Source: the human T2T-CHM13v2.0 reference genome, Homo sapiens
Length of the DNA: 64,000 nt
Reading direction: 5' to 3' (one strand)
Assembly (NCBI RefSeq): GCF_009914755.1
Contig: NC_060939.1
Shown: piece by piece, positions 30,814 through 48,021 of the stretch
Numbering within the stretch: the first letter of the stretch is position 1
Layout of the letters: every line of letters begins with the position of its first letter
Program-made: the position numbers and the translations under genes
The notes under the pieces: model-generated
Database searches by the model: none
What the model was told of the DNA's origin: nothing
Seen by the model: the letters and a program-made list of their open reading frames with translations, nothing else

Positions 30814-31143
30814 TAAGGAATTCTTGAAGGACCTGTAGAACACAATTTGAGAACAATTGAGGAAATCCCACCTCCCTGTTGTACAGATGGGAAGACTGAG
30901 GCCAGCAAGGGGGCAGAGCTTACCCCAGGATCTCCCAGGGAGATGGAGGAGATGGTCAGATACACAGCAGGAATCACTGCTCCCTATAATAACAAGTGTG
31001 CCCTGTTCCCAAGGCCAGGAGTAGAAAAGACATCAGAGCCAGACACACCCAAAATCAGCCAAGCCCTTGTCTGTGCTGTGTCTGTTGTCTGTCTGTGCAG
31101 GAGTGAGCCAGCAATATTAACCTTCCCTTCTCCACCCACAGCG

Positions 31144-31155
31144 ATGCCCTCCTAG
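31144..31155 (+). promoter_or_regulatory. 3-codon uORF (ATG CCC TCC TAG) in the ZNF710 5'UTR part of exon 2
   Basis: Read directly; it ends 14 nt before the main ATG. Confidence 0.7.
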
Positions 31156-31169
31156 CTAGCCGTCACGGG

Positions 31170-32627
31170 ATGGAGGGCTTCATGGACTCAGGGACACAGA
31201 CGGACGCCGTGGTGGTGCTGTCCTTGGCTCAGGCCGCCGTGCTTGGCCTGGTCTCCGAAAATGAGCTCTTTGGAGCTACCATAAGCGCCGAGGCCTTCTA
31301 CCCGGACCTGGGGCCCGAGCTTTCAGGGGCAGCCATGGGAGAGCCCGAGCCACCAGGCCCCGACGTCTACCAGCTGGCCTGCAACGGGAGGGCCTTGGAG
31401 GAGCCGGCGGAGGAGGAGGTGCTGGAGGTGGAGGCAGCCTGTGAGAAGCACACCCGGCGGAAGACGCGGCCACCTGTGCGGTTGGTGCCCAAGGTCAAGT
31501 TCGAGAAGGTGGAGGAGGAGGAACAGGAGGTCTATGAGGTTTCTGTGCCAGGTGACGACAAGGACGCAGGGCCAGCAGAAGCCCCCGCCGAGGCGGCCAG
31601 TGGCGGATGCGACGCCCTGGTGCAGAGCAGCGCCGTCAAGATGATCGACCTCAGCGCCTTCAGCCGCAAGCCCCGGACGCTCCGGCATCTGCCCCGAACC
31701 CCGAGGCCGGAGCTGAACGTGGCCCCATATGACCCTCACTTCCCGGCCCCGGCCCGGGATGGCTTCCCCGAGCCCAGCATGGCGCTGCCTGGGCCAGAGG
31801 CCTTGCCCACAGAGTGTGGGTTCGAGCCACCCCACCTGGCCCCCCTGAGTGACCCCGAGGCCCCCAGCATGGAGTCCCCGGAGCCTGTCAAGCCGGAACA
31901 GGGCTTCGTGTGGCAGGAGGCCAGTGAGTTCGAGGCTGACACGGCGGGTTCGACCGTGGAACGCCACAAGAAGGCCCAGCTGGATCGGCTGGACATCAAC
32001 GTGCAGATTGACGACTCCTATCTGGTGGAGGCGGGCGACCGCCAGAAGCGCTGGCAGTGCCGCATGTGCGAGAAGTCCTACACGTCCAAGTACAACCTGG
32101 TGACGCACATCCTGGGCCACAACGGCATCAAGCCACACTCGTGCCCACACTGCAGCAAGCTCTTCAAGCAGCCCAGCCACCTGCAGACGCACCTGCTGAC
32201 GCACCAGGGCACCCGGCCCCACAAGTGCCAGGTATGCCACAAGGCCTTCACGCAGACCAGCCACCTCAAGCGCCACATGCTGCTGCACTCGGAGGTCAAG
32301 CCCTACAGCTGCCACTTCTGCGGCCGCGGCTTCGCCTACCCCAGCGAGCTCAAGGCCCACGAAGTGAAGCATGAGAGTGGCCGCTGCCATGTCTGCGTCG
32401 AGTGCGGCCTGGACTTCTCCACCCTGACCCAGCTCAAGCGCCACCTGGCCTCCCACCAGGGCCCCACCCTCTACCAGTGCCTCGAGTGTGACAAGTCCTT
32501 CCACTACCGCAGCCAGTTGCAGAACCACATGCTCAAGCACCAGAACGTGCGACCCTTCGTGTGCACTGAATGCGGCATGGAGTTCAGCCAGATTCACCAC
32601 CTCAAGCAGCACTCCCTCACCCACAAG
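31170..32627 (+). CDS. ZNF710: ZNF710 coding exon 2 (exon begins at 31142; aa 1-486; acidic/Pro-rich N-terminus plus C2H2 fingers 1-7)
   Basis: Acceptor ccttcccttctccacccacag ends at 31141. Strong Kozak GGGATGG at 31170. ORF MEGFMDSG... has seven CxxC..H..H fingers. Donor AAG|gtaagg after 32627 (1458 nt, phase 0). CpG-rich. Confidence 0.97.
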
Positions 32628-32842
32628 GTAAGGCCGTTCCCAGGGCCTGGGCATCTGCCTGCCCCTCCTGCCACTTTTTCATCCAGTACTTTCCAAAGTC
32701 CCAGATGGGACCATTTAGGTGGTCTCCTAGTTTTATCGTTACGTACTTATTTTGATGAGTATTAGAAATCAATTAGTATTAGAAACTAATTGAAATTAGT
32801 TTTTTAAGTAGTAAAGCTTTATGCATTCAAAAACATGTATTT

Positions 32843-33511
<669 letters not shown>

Positions 33512-34245
33512 TTACCCTCCCTATTTTCTAGATGGGAGGACAGAGGCCAGAGAGAGGCCAGGATGCAACAGGGAGGCGTCCTGGCTCAGTGGTCAGAAGT
33601 ACAGAGGGTGTCCTTTGTTCCTTGTCATTACAAAAGCAAATCAAAACCTGTGACTTCCCTTTAAGAACAGGCTAAATATATTTAATTTTCAAAGCAGAGA
33701 AGATGTAAGGAAAAATATTTGTTATGGAAAAGTACAGGTAGTTCTAGAATATGGCTAAACTAGGCACAGTGGCTCGGGAAGGCAGAAATTGAGCAGCACT
33801 TTCTAATCTACCATGTCCCTAAACCCAGCCTTGACCCGTACTCCCCTGCCCTCCATTCCCCGCCTTCAGCCACCAGCCTCCCCGCTTTTCAGCCAATATC
33901 ACCTCCTCTGAGAGGCCCTCATATCCGGGTAGGTGGAATGAGGCCCCTTGGGTCCCACAATCCCACTCTGGTACTTGGCTGCCCCATGGTTTCCACCGAA
34001 ATCCCACCAACTTTACCCTTCAAAGCTGAATGTACATAGAGCTTCCTCTCCCCATAACGGTGGCCTATGAGTGATACTCCAGGTCAAACTTGTGACCCTG
34101 TCTCTCACGGTAGACACTATAGGGAGTTGGGGAGCTGTTAATACCCTGCCAGGCCTAGAAACCAGCAATTTGTAGGTTTCATTGCAGAGGCTCCTGCAGT
34201 CAACTGCTAGTAGCTGCCTAAAATGTAATGTCAAGAAAGAGTCTA

Positions 34246-34900
<655 letters not shown>

Positions 34901-35011
34901 CTATGATGGATTGTTAATGTCTGCAAGGAGTGATTGTGCAGGGTGACAGCATATATGCTATATATTTGCCATCTTTCTCCTCTACTGGGGGACTTAAAAA
35001 TCCCAAGTCCA

Positions 35012-35397
<386 letters not shown>

Positions 35398-35452
35398 CTA
35401 AATTTGTACAATGTGCACATCATGTGTTTATAAAAGAAACTCCTGAATGGCA

Positions 35453-35469
35453 GGGCCCCCTGGTGGTCA
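35453..35469 (-). promoter_or_regulatory. CTCF-like motif (TGACCACCAGGGGGCCC)
   Basis: Close match to the CTCF core CCACCAGGGGGCGC. Confidence 0.5.
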
Positions 35470-35592
35470 TACACATCTGCGATGTGTCAGGAGGGGGTAT
35501 ACAGCACAAGACACAGTCCCTGCTGCTAAGAGACATAGACACGGGAACCATTAAGTTATAATACAAAGTTTTTATACCAAACAAGCAGTTAA

Positions 35593-36135
<543 letters not shown>

Positions 36136-37101
36136 AGCTCCCAGCTTTTATCCTAATTTTCCTCCATGGATAATAAATTGGACCCCTTTGCACACAACAC
36201 CCTGTCCTGCTCTGGGAGTGACCTCCAAACCGTAGAAAAGAAAGTTCACAGTCCAAACCAGTGGGTTTTCTCCTGGAATCCATGTCTCCTGGGGGTGAAT
36301 AGCCCAAAGTCCATCAATGATAAGAATCATCTGGGGGCCCTGTTGAGAATAAAAATTCCTGGGCCCATCCCAGGCCCCATGAATTAGACCCTCCAGGGAG
36401 CGGCCTGCAAGGCTGTATGTTGGATGAGAACTACAGGTGGCTGTTATCACCAGGGAAATTAGGAAAACACTTTCAAGAGATGAGTGGATAGGCTCTGGGA
36501 GTTTGAGACCCTTCGAAATTCTACATAGACCTAAGTGCCATTTTTGGGGGGGTGTCCATAGCTTCAATCATATTATCAAAAGGGTCTGAACCAAAAAGGC
36601 CACCAAGAGACAGCATGGAGGATAAAAACACATACACGTGTCCTTGATCTGATGAAATAGTCCACAGACAGCGGGCAGACCCTGTGTCTTCTTGGCGACA
36701 GACCCCTGCCGCCTAGTGTGGTACTGGCTTGGAGCAGGTGCCCGGTAAATGGTTGTTGAATGAATGAATGAATGAGCACACATTTGCCTTAGTGCACTAG
36801 TACAGACCTTATGTACACATCCACCCTGGGGGCAGGAGACAGCAGGTATCTGGATCGTTACAGTAAAGCACAGCCTATTTCTATTACTGAAAGGCTTCCT
36901 GGAGTAAGTGGCTCTGCCCCCACATTCTTCGGTGGTTTTAAACAAGTGTTACCTATTTTGGAATACCCTCAAAAAGAGACATTTCCCAGAAAGTGTGCCT
37001 TTGTGATGCTATGGCCCTGCCCCTACCCGGCTCCCCACAAAGGGTCACTGCCAGAGGCTGTGCCCATTGTGTGGCCCTGACCATCACCCCCCACCCCACA
37101 G

Positions 37102-37293
37102 GGCGTGAAGGAGTTCAAGTGCGAGGTGTGTGGCCGGGAGTTCACCCTACAGGCGAACATGAAGCGGCACATGCTGATCCACACCAGCGTCCGGCCCTAC
37201 CAGTGCCACATCTGCTTCAAGACCTTTGTACAGAAGCAGACTCTCAAGACCCACATGATTGTACACTCGCCCGTGAAGCCATTCAAATGCAAG
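37102..37293 (+). CDS. ZNF710: ZNF710 exon 3 (fingers 8-9, start of finger 10)
   Basis: ccccacag|GGC GTG AAG ... TGC AAG|gtaccc; 192 nt, in frame with exon 2 (GVKEFKCEVC...PFKCK). Confidence 0.96.
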
Positions 37294-37631
37294 GTACCCG
37301 GTCATCAGGCCCCGGGGCTGGGACCTCCCCGAGGGTGGTCTGGAATCAGCATGCCTGCAGCAGCTGTGGCCCACCAAGCGCCAGCCTGGCCAGTGCGGGC
37401 AAGAGGAGCCCCGGCTGGGTGAAACTTAGCCTGGGCTTTGGGGGTTGGGAGGGCAGGCGGGGATTCACATCCTGAAAGCTGCTGAAGTTGGGTTTTTCTG
37501 AGAGCTGGGGAGGGAGTGAAGGTCATGGTGCAGCCACAGAGAAAGGACCCCAGCCTGAGGGCTTAGTGCAGCTAGAGATCCAAGCCCTGGGTTTCTGATA
37601 AGTGCAGCTCAGAGAAAGTGGGGCAGACTCA

Positions 37632-38142
<511 letters not shown>

Positions 38143-38146
38143 CTAG

Positions 38147-38321
38147 GTGTGCGGGAAGTCCTTCAACCGCATGTACAACCTGCTGGGCCACATGCACCTG
38201 CACGCCGGCAGCAAGCCCTTCAAGTGCCCCTACTGCTCCAGCAAGTTTAATCTCAAGGGCAACCTGAGCCGGCACATGAAGGTCAAGCATGGCGTCATGG
38301 ACATCGGCCTGGACAGCCAAG
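38147..38321 (+). CDS. ZNF710: ZNF710 exon 4 (end of finger 10, finger 11)
   Basis: ttctag|GTG TGC GGG ... CAA G|gtgggt; 175 nt; VCGKSFNRMYNLLGHMHLH..FKCPYC..HMKVKH. Confidence 0.95.
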
Positions 38322-39268
38322 GTGGGTGGGCCAAGCGCAATGGACAGAGCAGGAATGATACCAACATGACGCACTCAGGAGCCTCCTGCCCAGTTAGAGG
38401 AGTGGGGAGGCTGGCCAAGGCTGAGACTTCGTTGGGGTGGGCTCAGGTCTGGAAGGGGGGTACCCTGGAAGGCCATGATGACAATAACGATGGGATATTT
38501 ATGTCTTCTTCAAAGGACTTAAATGAGATCACGTAAACAATATAATAAAAATCATAACTAACATTTATTGAGTGCTAACTGTGTGCCAGGCCTTTATTAA
38601 CTCATGTGATCCTCAAAGCGAGGTTGGCTCTGTCATTGTCATCGTTTTACAGATGCAGAAACTGAAGAACAGAGAACTTAGATAGCTCATGCAAGATGAC
38701 AACACAGCAGGAGGTGACAGACACTTTATTTCGTTACCGTGAGATAATATTTCAAATAAGTGTATGGGAAAGAAAGTTAGAAAGGGGAAAAAATGGCAGC
38801 CGGAAAGATAAGGGAGAGCCAGGTGAGGTCCCAACTCCAAGTACACCATGGGAGGTCCTAAGCAAGGGACATGCAGAGGGGAGATCTGAGCTTCCCAGCA
38901 ACCAAGGCAAAAAAGTGTCAATCAGTCACACTCTTCACAAGTGCCTGCCAGAGACTATAACCCACATACTCATGAAAGGGCCAGACAGCCCTGACGTTAA
39001 GATCTGGGAGAAATTTTAGGAGAGGATCCTATGCCTCAGCAGTTCGTAGAAGTTTCAGAGGCTGTCAGAAAACATCCCAAGTGTTAGCGGTAGCCTTTCC
39101 CTCCAGCAGTGGTCAGTACTTAAAGCATTTCTGTTGGGTGACAGCAAAGCTGTTAGCCTCTCTGGCCTCATGGTGGGGAGGGACTGCTGTGGAGACTCCA
39201 CAGGAAGGAGGGAGCCAACAGCGCTACAGGGAGGCTCCTTCTACAGTTGGGAGCTATTTCTGGTGCTC

Positions 39269-39570
39269 TGGCTGGGCATGATGGCTCACACCTATAATCC
39301 TGGCACTTTGGGAGGCCGAGGCAGGAGGATCCCTTAAGGCCAGGAGTTTGATACCAAACCAGGCAACATAGTGAGACCTGGTCTCTACAAAAATATTTTT
39401 AAATTAGCTGGGTGTGGTGGCGTGTGCCTATAATCTCAGCTACTTGGGAGTCTAAGGCAGGAAGATCACTTGAGCCCAGGAGTTCAAGGCTGTAGTGAAC
39501 TGTGATCGGACCACGGCACTCCAGCCTGCGTGGCAAAGCAAGACCCTATCGCCAAATTATAATAAAGAAA
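39269..39570 (+). mobile_element. AluJ
   Basis: Diverged dimer. Confidence 0.88.
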
Positions 39571-39844
39571 TTCTGGTGTGCCTCTGAGTCACACCAGCTG
39601 GGAACATGCTTTGGCAGTAACCAGGTGAGCTGACTTGCCACGTGGGATTATTTACTGGAATGCAGTCAGGCACGCGGGAACAGCTGCAGTAGCTTAACTC
39701 TGGTTTTGGAACAGCTGACCAGTGAATGGCCTGGGTTTTCTGGCAGAAACAGGTATCTCAGTTGTTTTGTTTTGTTTTTCAGTTGTCTATTAAGGTTGCT
39801 TCCAGTAGACGAGAATGAAACCCCGTCGGCTGCTCTTGGTAGCT

Positions 39845-40370
39845 CCTTGCTACTCAAAATGTGGTAGGAGGATGAGCAGCGTCGGCCCCACCTGGGATCT
39901 TGCTGGCCTCTCAGCTCCACCCACACCTGCTGAGTCAGACTCTACACTTCAAAAAGATCTCTGGGCCATTTGTTGCAGTCAAGTTTGAGACCCACTGGAC
40001 CAGACTAGTGCCTCAGAGTCTCCTGGAGGGCTTGTTGAAACAAAGTGCTGGCCCCACCCCCAGAGTTTCTGATTCAGTAGATCTGGGGTGGGGTCTGAGA
40101 CGCTGCCTTTCCCACAAGTTCCCAGTTCTTAGCAAAGCAGCCGCTGGTTCAGGGACCTCATGTTGAGAACCTTTGATCCAGACTGCAGAGGGCTGGCTGG
40201 CAAATCAGCTGCATGTTGGGAGTCACCTGAGGAATGTTTTAAATGCTGATGCCTGAGTTTGGACCTGAGGTTCAAATGTAAGTGATCTGGAATGTGGCCT
40301 GGGATCAGGATTTTTGTAAAGCACTTTGGGTGAGTCCATGTGCAGTAGATTTTGAGAGCTGTATTCTAGT
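39845..40370. mobile_element. Three adjacent MER5-family hAT MITE remnants
   Basis: MER5A-type text (gctactcaaaatgtggt; ccccacccccagagtttctgattcagtagatctggggtgggg; gagtcacctgaggaatgttttaaatgctgatgcctg). Confidence 0.65.
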
Positions 40371-40473
40371 GGATCTGCCCTGTTGCTAACCCACCAGAAG
40401 GAACCAGAGCAGAACGTGCCCTTTTGGAAATAACTGGGACCATGAAGAGACTGTCAGTGTTACAGCTCTTTTA

Positions 40474-40794
<321 letters not shown>

Positions 40795-41120
40795 TCATTT
40801 AGCAGGTTTTCCAGTTTTTACCAGAAATCGCCCCACCCCCATCCCACCACCCAAACAAGATTTTTTAAAAAGACTGTCCCTGTACACCTTGTTCCTCGGG
40901 GTGGTTAAGGCACAACCTCTTTCTATATGAGCTCAGTCACCAGGGATGCTTAGAATTCCTCTATTCCTGGCCGTACCAGATGACAGAAGGAAGCGATTGG
41001 CCCTGGAATGACTGGGCTCCAGGTCCCCACCTCCCTCATACAGCCTTGGTCTGGGAAGCCCAGGCTTGATGCGTATGCAGAAGGAAGGCAGCATACATTC
41101 TAGACAGAACGATCTAGTAA

Positions 41121-41571
<451 letters not shown>

Positions 41572-41714
41572 CCCCCAAGGTGCTTTATTTAGCTTGTTTT
41601 TGAAACCAGCTGTGTAACATGAGGGTGTGGCACTAGGACTGAGGGAAGAAACAGCCCAAATCTATAAGATATGGGTCAAGTGACCTTGTTTTATAAAGTC
41701 CGGAAGACTCACAG

Positions 41715-42585
<871 letters not shown>

Positions 42586-42590
42586 TAGAC

Positions 42591-42791
42591 CAGTGGTTCT
42601 CAACTGAGCATGAGTTTGTCTTCCAGGTGACAGTTGGCCATGTTTGGAGACATTTATGGTTGTCACAACTGGGGTGATGCTACTGGCATCTCATGGGTAG
42701 AGGCCAGGGATGCTGTCAAACATCCTACAATGCACAGGACAGCCTCACAACAAAGAATTATGGCCCTAAGTGCCAAGGTTGAGAAAGTCTG
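42591..42791 (+). mobile_element. MER20 (hAT-Charlie MITE)
   Basis: cagtggttctcaac ... gttgagaaagtctg TIRs; 8-bp TSD tcttagac/ccttagac. Confidence 0.88.
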
Positions 42792-43687
42792 CCTTAGACC
42801 TGTCAGGGCTGCCCCCAGCCTGGGGTCTGTTTCCCCCAAAACACGCACATCTCAGCGGACAGGGCCAGAATGCACTTTGGGGGCCAGCCACAGCCCCTGC
42901 CAGCCTCCCAGTTCCCCCAGATCCTACCCTGGGCTTCCCCTGTAAGAGCTTTATAATGAGATTTCAATTTTATAAAATTACAAGGGGCCTCTTAGGAGTT
43001 TTTGCCTGACATATCTTTATGAACCTACCCTGAGTGTTTGTCCCTGGAGAGCCAGGCCCAAGGATACCAATGGCTAGAACCAACAGAAAAGCACAGCTGC
43101 CGGCAGGAGGCCTCACCCTCCCGCAGTGTGAGGCAGAGCAGCACAGTGGCTCAGAACAACAGCATGTGCTGGGTGACCTTTGGCAAGTTGATTCACCTCT
43201 CTAAACCTCAGCCTTCTGAGCTGCTAAATGGGGCTGTTGTGATTGCTGGATGAGGCGAGGCCTGCGAAGTGGCTGGCATGCAGCAGGTGCTAATGAGTGT
43301 TGCAAAGGTGATGTCACGCAGGCAGCTTCCCGTGGCCAGAGAAACATTGCAGAGAAGGGATAAGTAGGGCTTAGTGACTTTGACGGGTCAATGGAAGAAT
43401 GACCCAAAGAAGGCTTCAAGGCCAGGCCTGCAGTTCTCCACCACAAAGGCCCTCACTGATAGCACCCACTCCCCCACACTCAGCTTTGGGGCCTAGGTCT
43501 GGTCACCCAGCTAGAAGCCACAGGACCCTGAGGCGTCCGAGGGTGGGAAGGCTGAGAGGCAGCTGAGACTCCTGGAGGCCGTGACTGGGAAGCCCTCTCT
43601 TTAGAAAGGCCATCAGCTTCCTGCGTGGGGGTGACTGGCTCCTCCCGAGAGATGGCAGCCAGGTCTGACTGTGCCCCTCTCTTACAG

Positions 43688-43857
43688 ACCCCATGATGGA
43701 GCTGACAGGCACTGACCCTTCAGAGCTCGACGGCCAGCAGGAGATGGAGGACTTCGAGGAGAACGCCTACAGCTATGCGAGCGTGGACAGCAGCGCCGAG
43801 GCCAGTGTCCTCACTGAACAGGCCATGAAAGAGATGGCCTACTACAACGTGCTATAG
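43688..43857 (+). CDS. ZNF710: ZNF710 exon 5 coding part (acidic C-terminus, stop TAG)
   Basis: cttacag|AC CCC ATG ATG GAG ... GTG CTA TAG. The phase matches exon 4. Total CDS 1458+192+175+170=1995 nt = 664 aa. Not present in the ORF track. Confidence 0.95.
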
Positions 43858-46225
43858 CGCAAGCTGGGCCACCCCTAACGGGGGCCGGGGGCGAGGGCAT
43901 GGGGGTGAGACCCATGGGCTGCAGGCTGCACCTCCTGCAGCCGAGAAACAAGCTACTGCCCCACTGTTCTGAGCCCTCCCTCCCCGAGTCATTTGCACCA
44001 CTAGGGACCTTTAGACCAAATGGAGACTGTACTACTGGCCCCGGCTGTGAGCCAGCACAGGCCCAGGCATCCCAGCAAGGGAAGGAGAACACGCGAGGCC
44101 CAGATCTGGGTCTCCCTGGCCTGCTTCCGTGGGGAGTGGGAGAAGTGGGGCCACTGGGGACAGGTCACAAGGGCACCGGCCCTCGGGGTCTCTCCAGGCC
44201 CAGCAGAGCTCTTCAGGGGTCCTGACACTGGAAGAAGAGACCACTTGAGCCATGTCTTTTTCACGGCCAACTCCTGCCTCTAAGGATGTCTGAGCTCCCC
44301 TCTGGCCAGTACTGCCCACCTCTACCTTGTCCAGGCCCCCTTCCCCGCCCTGTCGACGGACCGCCAGGCAGGGCACTCTGCCTTCTACCTCCCGGGGTCT
44401 CCCATGCGCTCCTCAAGCCAGGTGTGCACGTGGCCCTGGCCCTGGCCTGCAGGACAGCTGGGGGGCACCCAGCCCCCAGAAGACCCCTGTCCTACATCCC
44501 TTTCTGGAAGTGAGTGTCCCTACAGTGGATTGCAACACATGTCGTCCACTTCGACCCTAGCTGGAGTGCCTCACCAGGGGGCCCCACTAGGAACAAAGCC
44601 AGGACAGGCCCCGCGTCAGGCACACACTAACAAAACCAGAAGCATGGGGCAGGGCAGGGCGGAGTGAGGGCATCACAGGGGACCAAGAAGGGCTGTCCTT
44701 GGGGGAGGCCCAGGACCACCTGTCGGGGAGGGGGACCGCAGTCATTTCTCATTCCTCAGTGTCCACCTTGCGACGGGGATAGCCACGAGTCAGCAGCTTC
44801 CCGGAAAGAGCAACGTATTTTAAAAAGGAAAGTAAAGCCCACAGAGGGAAATCAAGGGTTTTTTTGAGCAAAGGGGGTCTTCTGAAGGTAACTTATTATT
44901 TTTTTCTTTCCAACTGTGTGTCACCTATGACCTTTTCTGATGGAGATGCATTTTCTTTTTCCAAGCGTAAGCTTCCTAATGTGCTGTGCGTGCTTCCTAC
45001 CCACCCACCCCGAGCAGCCTGGCCGGGCAGGACTGGGGCTCCATGGGGACTGTCACCCTGGCCCTGGAGGTGCAGGCGCTGGCAGCAGCCTCAGCAGGCT
45101 GGGGTGGGAGGCAGGAGAAGGCAGAGCTGGGAAGCCCTCCACCCCTGCCTGGCTCCTGCAGTCGCTGACTTGCTCTGTCCCATGTCCCATCCTCGGCTGT
45201 CAGGGCTGCTGACTCTGCTCAGCCAACAGCTAGCTCCCTCGCTCGCCTGCTCTCTTCCCCTCTGTTCCCACGCCAGCTCCTGCCCCTGGAACCAGAGATG
45301 ACAGGCCCAGGGCAGTGAATAGCACATTCAGGAACTCTAGGGCACCCGGACCCCCCCACCCACTTGCCTCCTGAGGCCTCAGTGGGGAGGGGCAAGCAGG
45401 GGTCTTCCCCAAAGGCACAGATGAAGCCACTAGCTTCAGCCTAGAAACCCGGAGAAGGGAACAGCCTGCGGTGGGAGGAACCAATCTGCAGCGCAGCCAC
45501 CCCCAAGGCTGGATCCTTAAGTGAAGGACCAAGCCAGGCCTCAGGGTGACTGTGATCAGGACTGAGGGGTGGACAAGGTGGCCCAAGTATGGCTTCCAGA
45601 CCCCGAAGCCCCACGACCTCCCAGGTGCCCGCCATGATGACCCTCAGGTGGCAGTGACCCCGTCACTGTATAAGACATTTTCTCCTGCTGAGCAGAAGGC
45701 ATCATCCCCTGCAACTACCTCTTCCCACGTCTTTCTCCCCTGGTACCAAAAAGAACCCTGTACCTCTCCTCCTCCTCCTCCCTCCTGCCAGTGCAGTGGC
45801 CTTGGTCTTGGAAACTGAAGGGAGAAGGTCTGGCCCCCAGGGTGGGGCTCTCCTTTCCCTCCCCCAGCCCCGCCGTCAGCACTGGCCCTCTGTGAGGTTC
45901 GATACTTGAACGCCCCCTGCCCTGTGCCTTGGACCTGGGCAAAGCTAGGAGGAGGAAACAGCACAACTCACAGTTTGAGCTGGGGGGTGGTCTTGGCAAG
46001 GCTCCTGTCTGTACCCCTCCCTAACCTTCTCAAAAGAGGTGCACAGCCTCTCGGGTGACTTGGAAACTCCTGGACAAATTCCATTCTAACTTATTTTGAC
46101 ATGTATACAAACCAACTGTTTAGAGATTCCACTTGTGCAAAGCCCTACTGTGTTTTTATGTTCCTGTTTAAAAGAGAAGTTTACTTAGCAATAATTATAA
46201 ATAAATGAATATTCTTTAGTGAGGT
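43858..46225 (+). other. ZNF710: ZNF710 3'UTR
   Basis: Alu-free stretch after the stop codon, ending in a U-rich region with AATAAA at 46200-46205. The 3' end is approximate. Confidence 0.8.
46200..46205 (+). terminator. ZNF710 polyadenylation signal AATAAA
   Basis: ttataAATAAAtg, preceded by U-rich/TGTA elements. Confidence 0.8.
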
Positions 46226-46825
46226 GACTGCAAATGCTTCTTTCCCCAGCTCTTGGGGACCTGGCCCTCACTCCCAGCAGGAACTCCCAGCAAAACTTCC
46301 CAGCCCCACACAGCAGGGCTGCACTCTCCCAGGGCCCGGGGGAGGCTGAGACCATCCTCTGCACTGGAATGGCCCCCTGCAGGGCCAGGCGCCTATAGCC
46401 AGCTGCCCCGGGCCCAAGAGAGTGGTGTGGGCCACGGCCCCTGTATTCCCACCACTTGCAGAGAAAAGCTGCTTCCCCTCCCTACCCACCCACATGGCTT
46501 CAGGAAAGAAGCCAGCTCCCGATGCCAGGCTGGGCTTCAGAGGCTGCGTTCTGCAGAGCTGCCAGCCCCGTGCTGGTGACAGGCAAGAAGAGGCAGGAAG
46601 CCTTGAGCTTCCTCCCAGGGGCTGGGCCTGCTAGAGCCAGCAGTCCACGTTTCTTCTTATAGCCCTGAGAGTTTCAGGGCATTACTCAGGAAAAGCAAGC
46701 GGGGGGTCACCAGTGTGGATGGAGGGCTAGAGCCCTTCCAAAGCCACTCAGTCTACCGCAATGGTCGGGTTTCAGGAGCCATAGGAGTCCCCCCAGTATT
46801 TAGGAAAGGGACTTTGTAAGATGGG

Positions 46826-46980
46826 GTTTTGAGAGATGGGGTCTCACTCTGTTACTCAGGCTGGAGTACAGTGGTGCAGTCATAGCTCACTACAGCCTCA
46901 AACTCCCGGGCTCAAGTGATCCTCCCACCTTGGCCTCCCAAAGTGCTGGGACTATAGGCATGAGCCACCACACCTGGCCA
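46826..46980 (-). mobile_element. Alu monomer (FLAM-like) between the two genes
   Basis: Single-arm Alu sequence. Confidence 0.8.
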
Positions 46981-47100
46981 GGACTTTATAAAGATTATAC
47001 AACTCTTCTCCAGGACATTTTAACACCAAAAAGAAGAAGCTTTGCAGAACTTACTATGCAGAGGACAGTCCTTTTGATTATATGTAGCTTTAGAGCAACT

Positions 47101-47106
47101 TTTATT
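47101..47106 (-). terminator. IDH2 distal canonical poly(A) signal AATAAA
   Basis: The plus strand reads tttatt; it lies just downstream (minus sense) of the Alu at 47147-47462. Confidence 0.6.
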
Positions 47107-47128
47107 TTTCCTTTTTACATGGGGCTAA

Positions 47129-47615
<487 letters not shown>

Positions 47616-48021
47616 TGAGGCAGGTGTGGGTAGGACCTCTTTTTAGTACCTAGAAAAAGGCTAAGAAAGTGGCCTGGAGATGTTTAGAAGGTTAAAACCA
47701 ACGAAGAAAAAAATCAATGACAACCTATCAGGAACTGATTGACTCTCAGAATGGAGAACTGGACACAGAAACTGGATCATGCTAGAAAATTCCAGGGAAC
47801 CCACAGGCCTGTGCCCTGAGTGTCCGAGAACTCCGCAGTGGGCCCCTGTGGAATGCGGGCTCCCAGGGCTGCCTGGTCCCTTCCCTGCCGTGGCAGCCCC
47901 TTCCTGAGGTGCTCTGGTCTGCCCCAGGGGAACCTGCCAGCTCTAGCAGGGCCTCTGCCTCAGGGTCCCACTACCTCCTCCCCTCAGGGACAAACACAGC
48001 AGACAATTTTGTGAAGAGCTT

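Noticed and set aside
31323-32654. 443-aa antisense ORF over ZNF710 exon 2
   Set aside because: Codon-aligned shadow of a GC3-rich zinc-finger exon; no independent domain or promoter evidence.
32628-32765. C-terminal 45 aa of the 531-aa ORF in the track
   Set aside because: Read-through past a strong GTAAGG donor into intron 2, with no nearby AATAAA.
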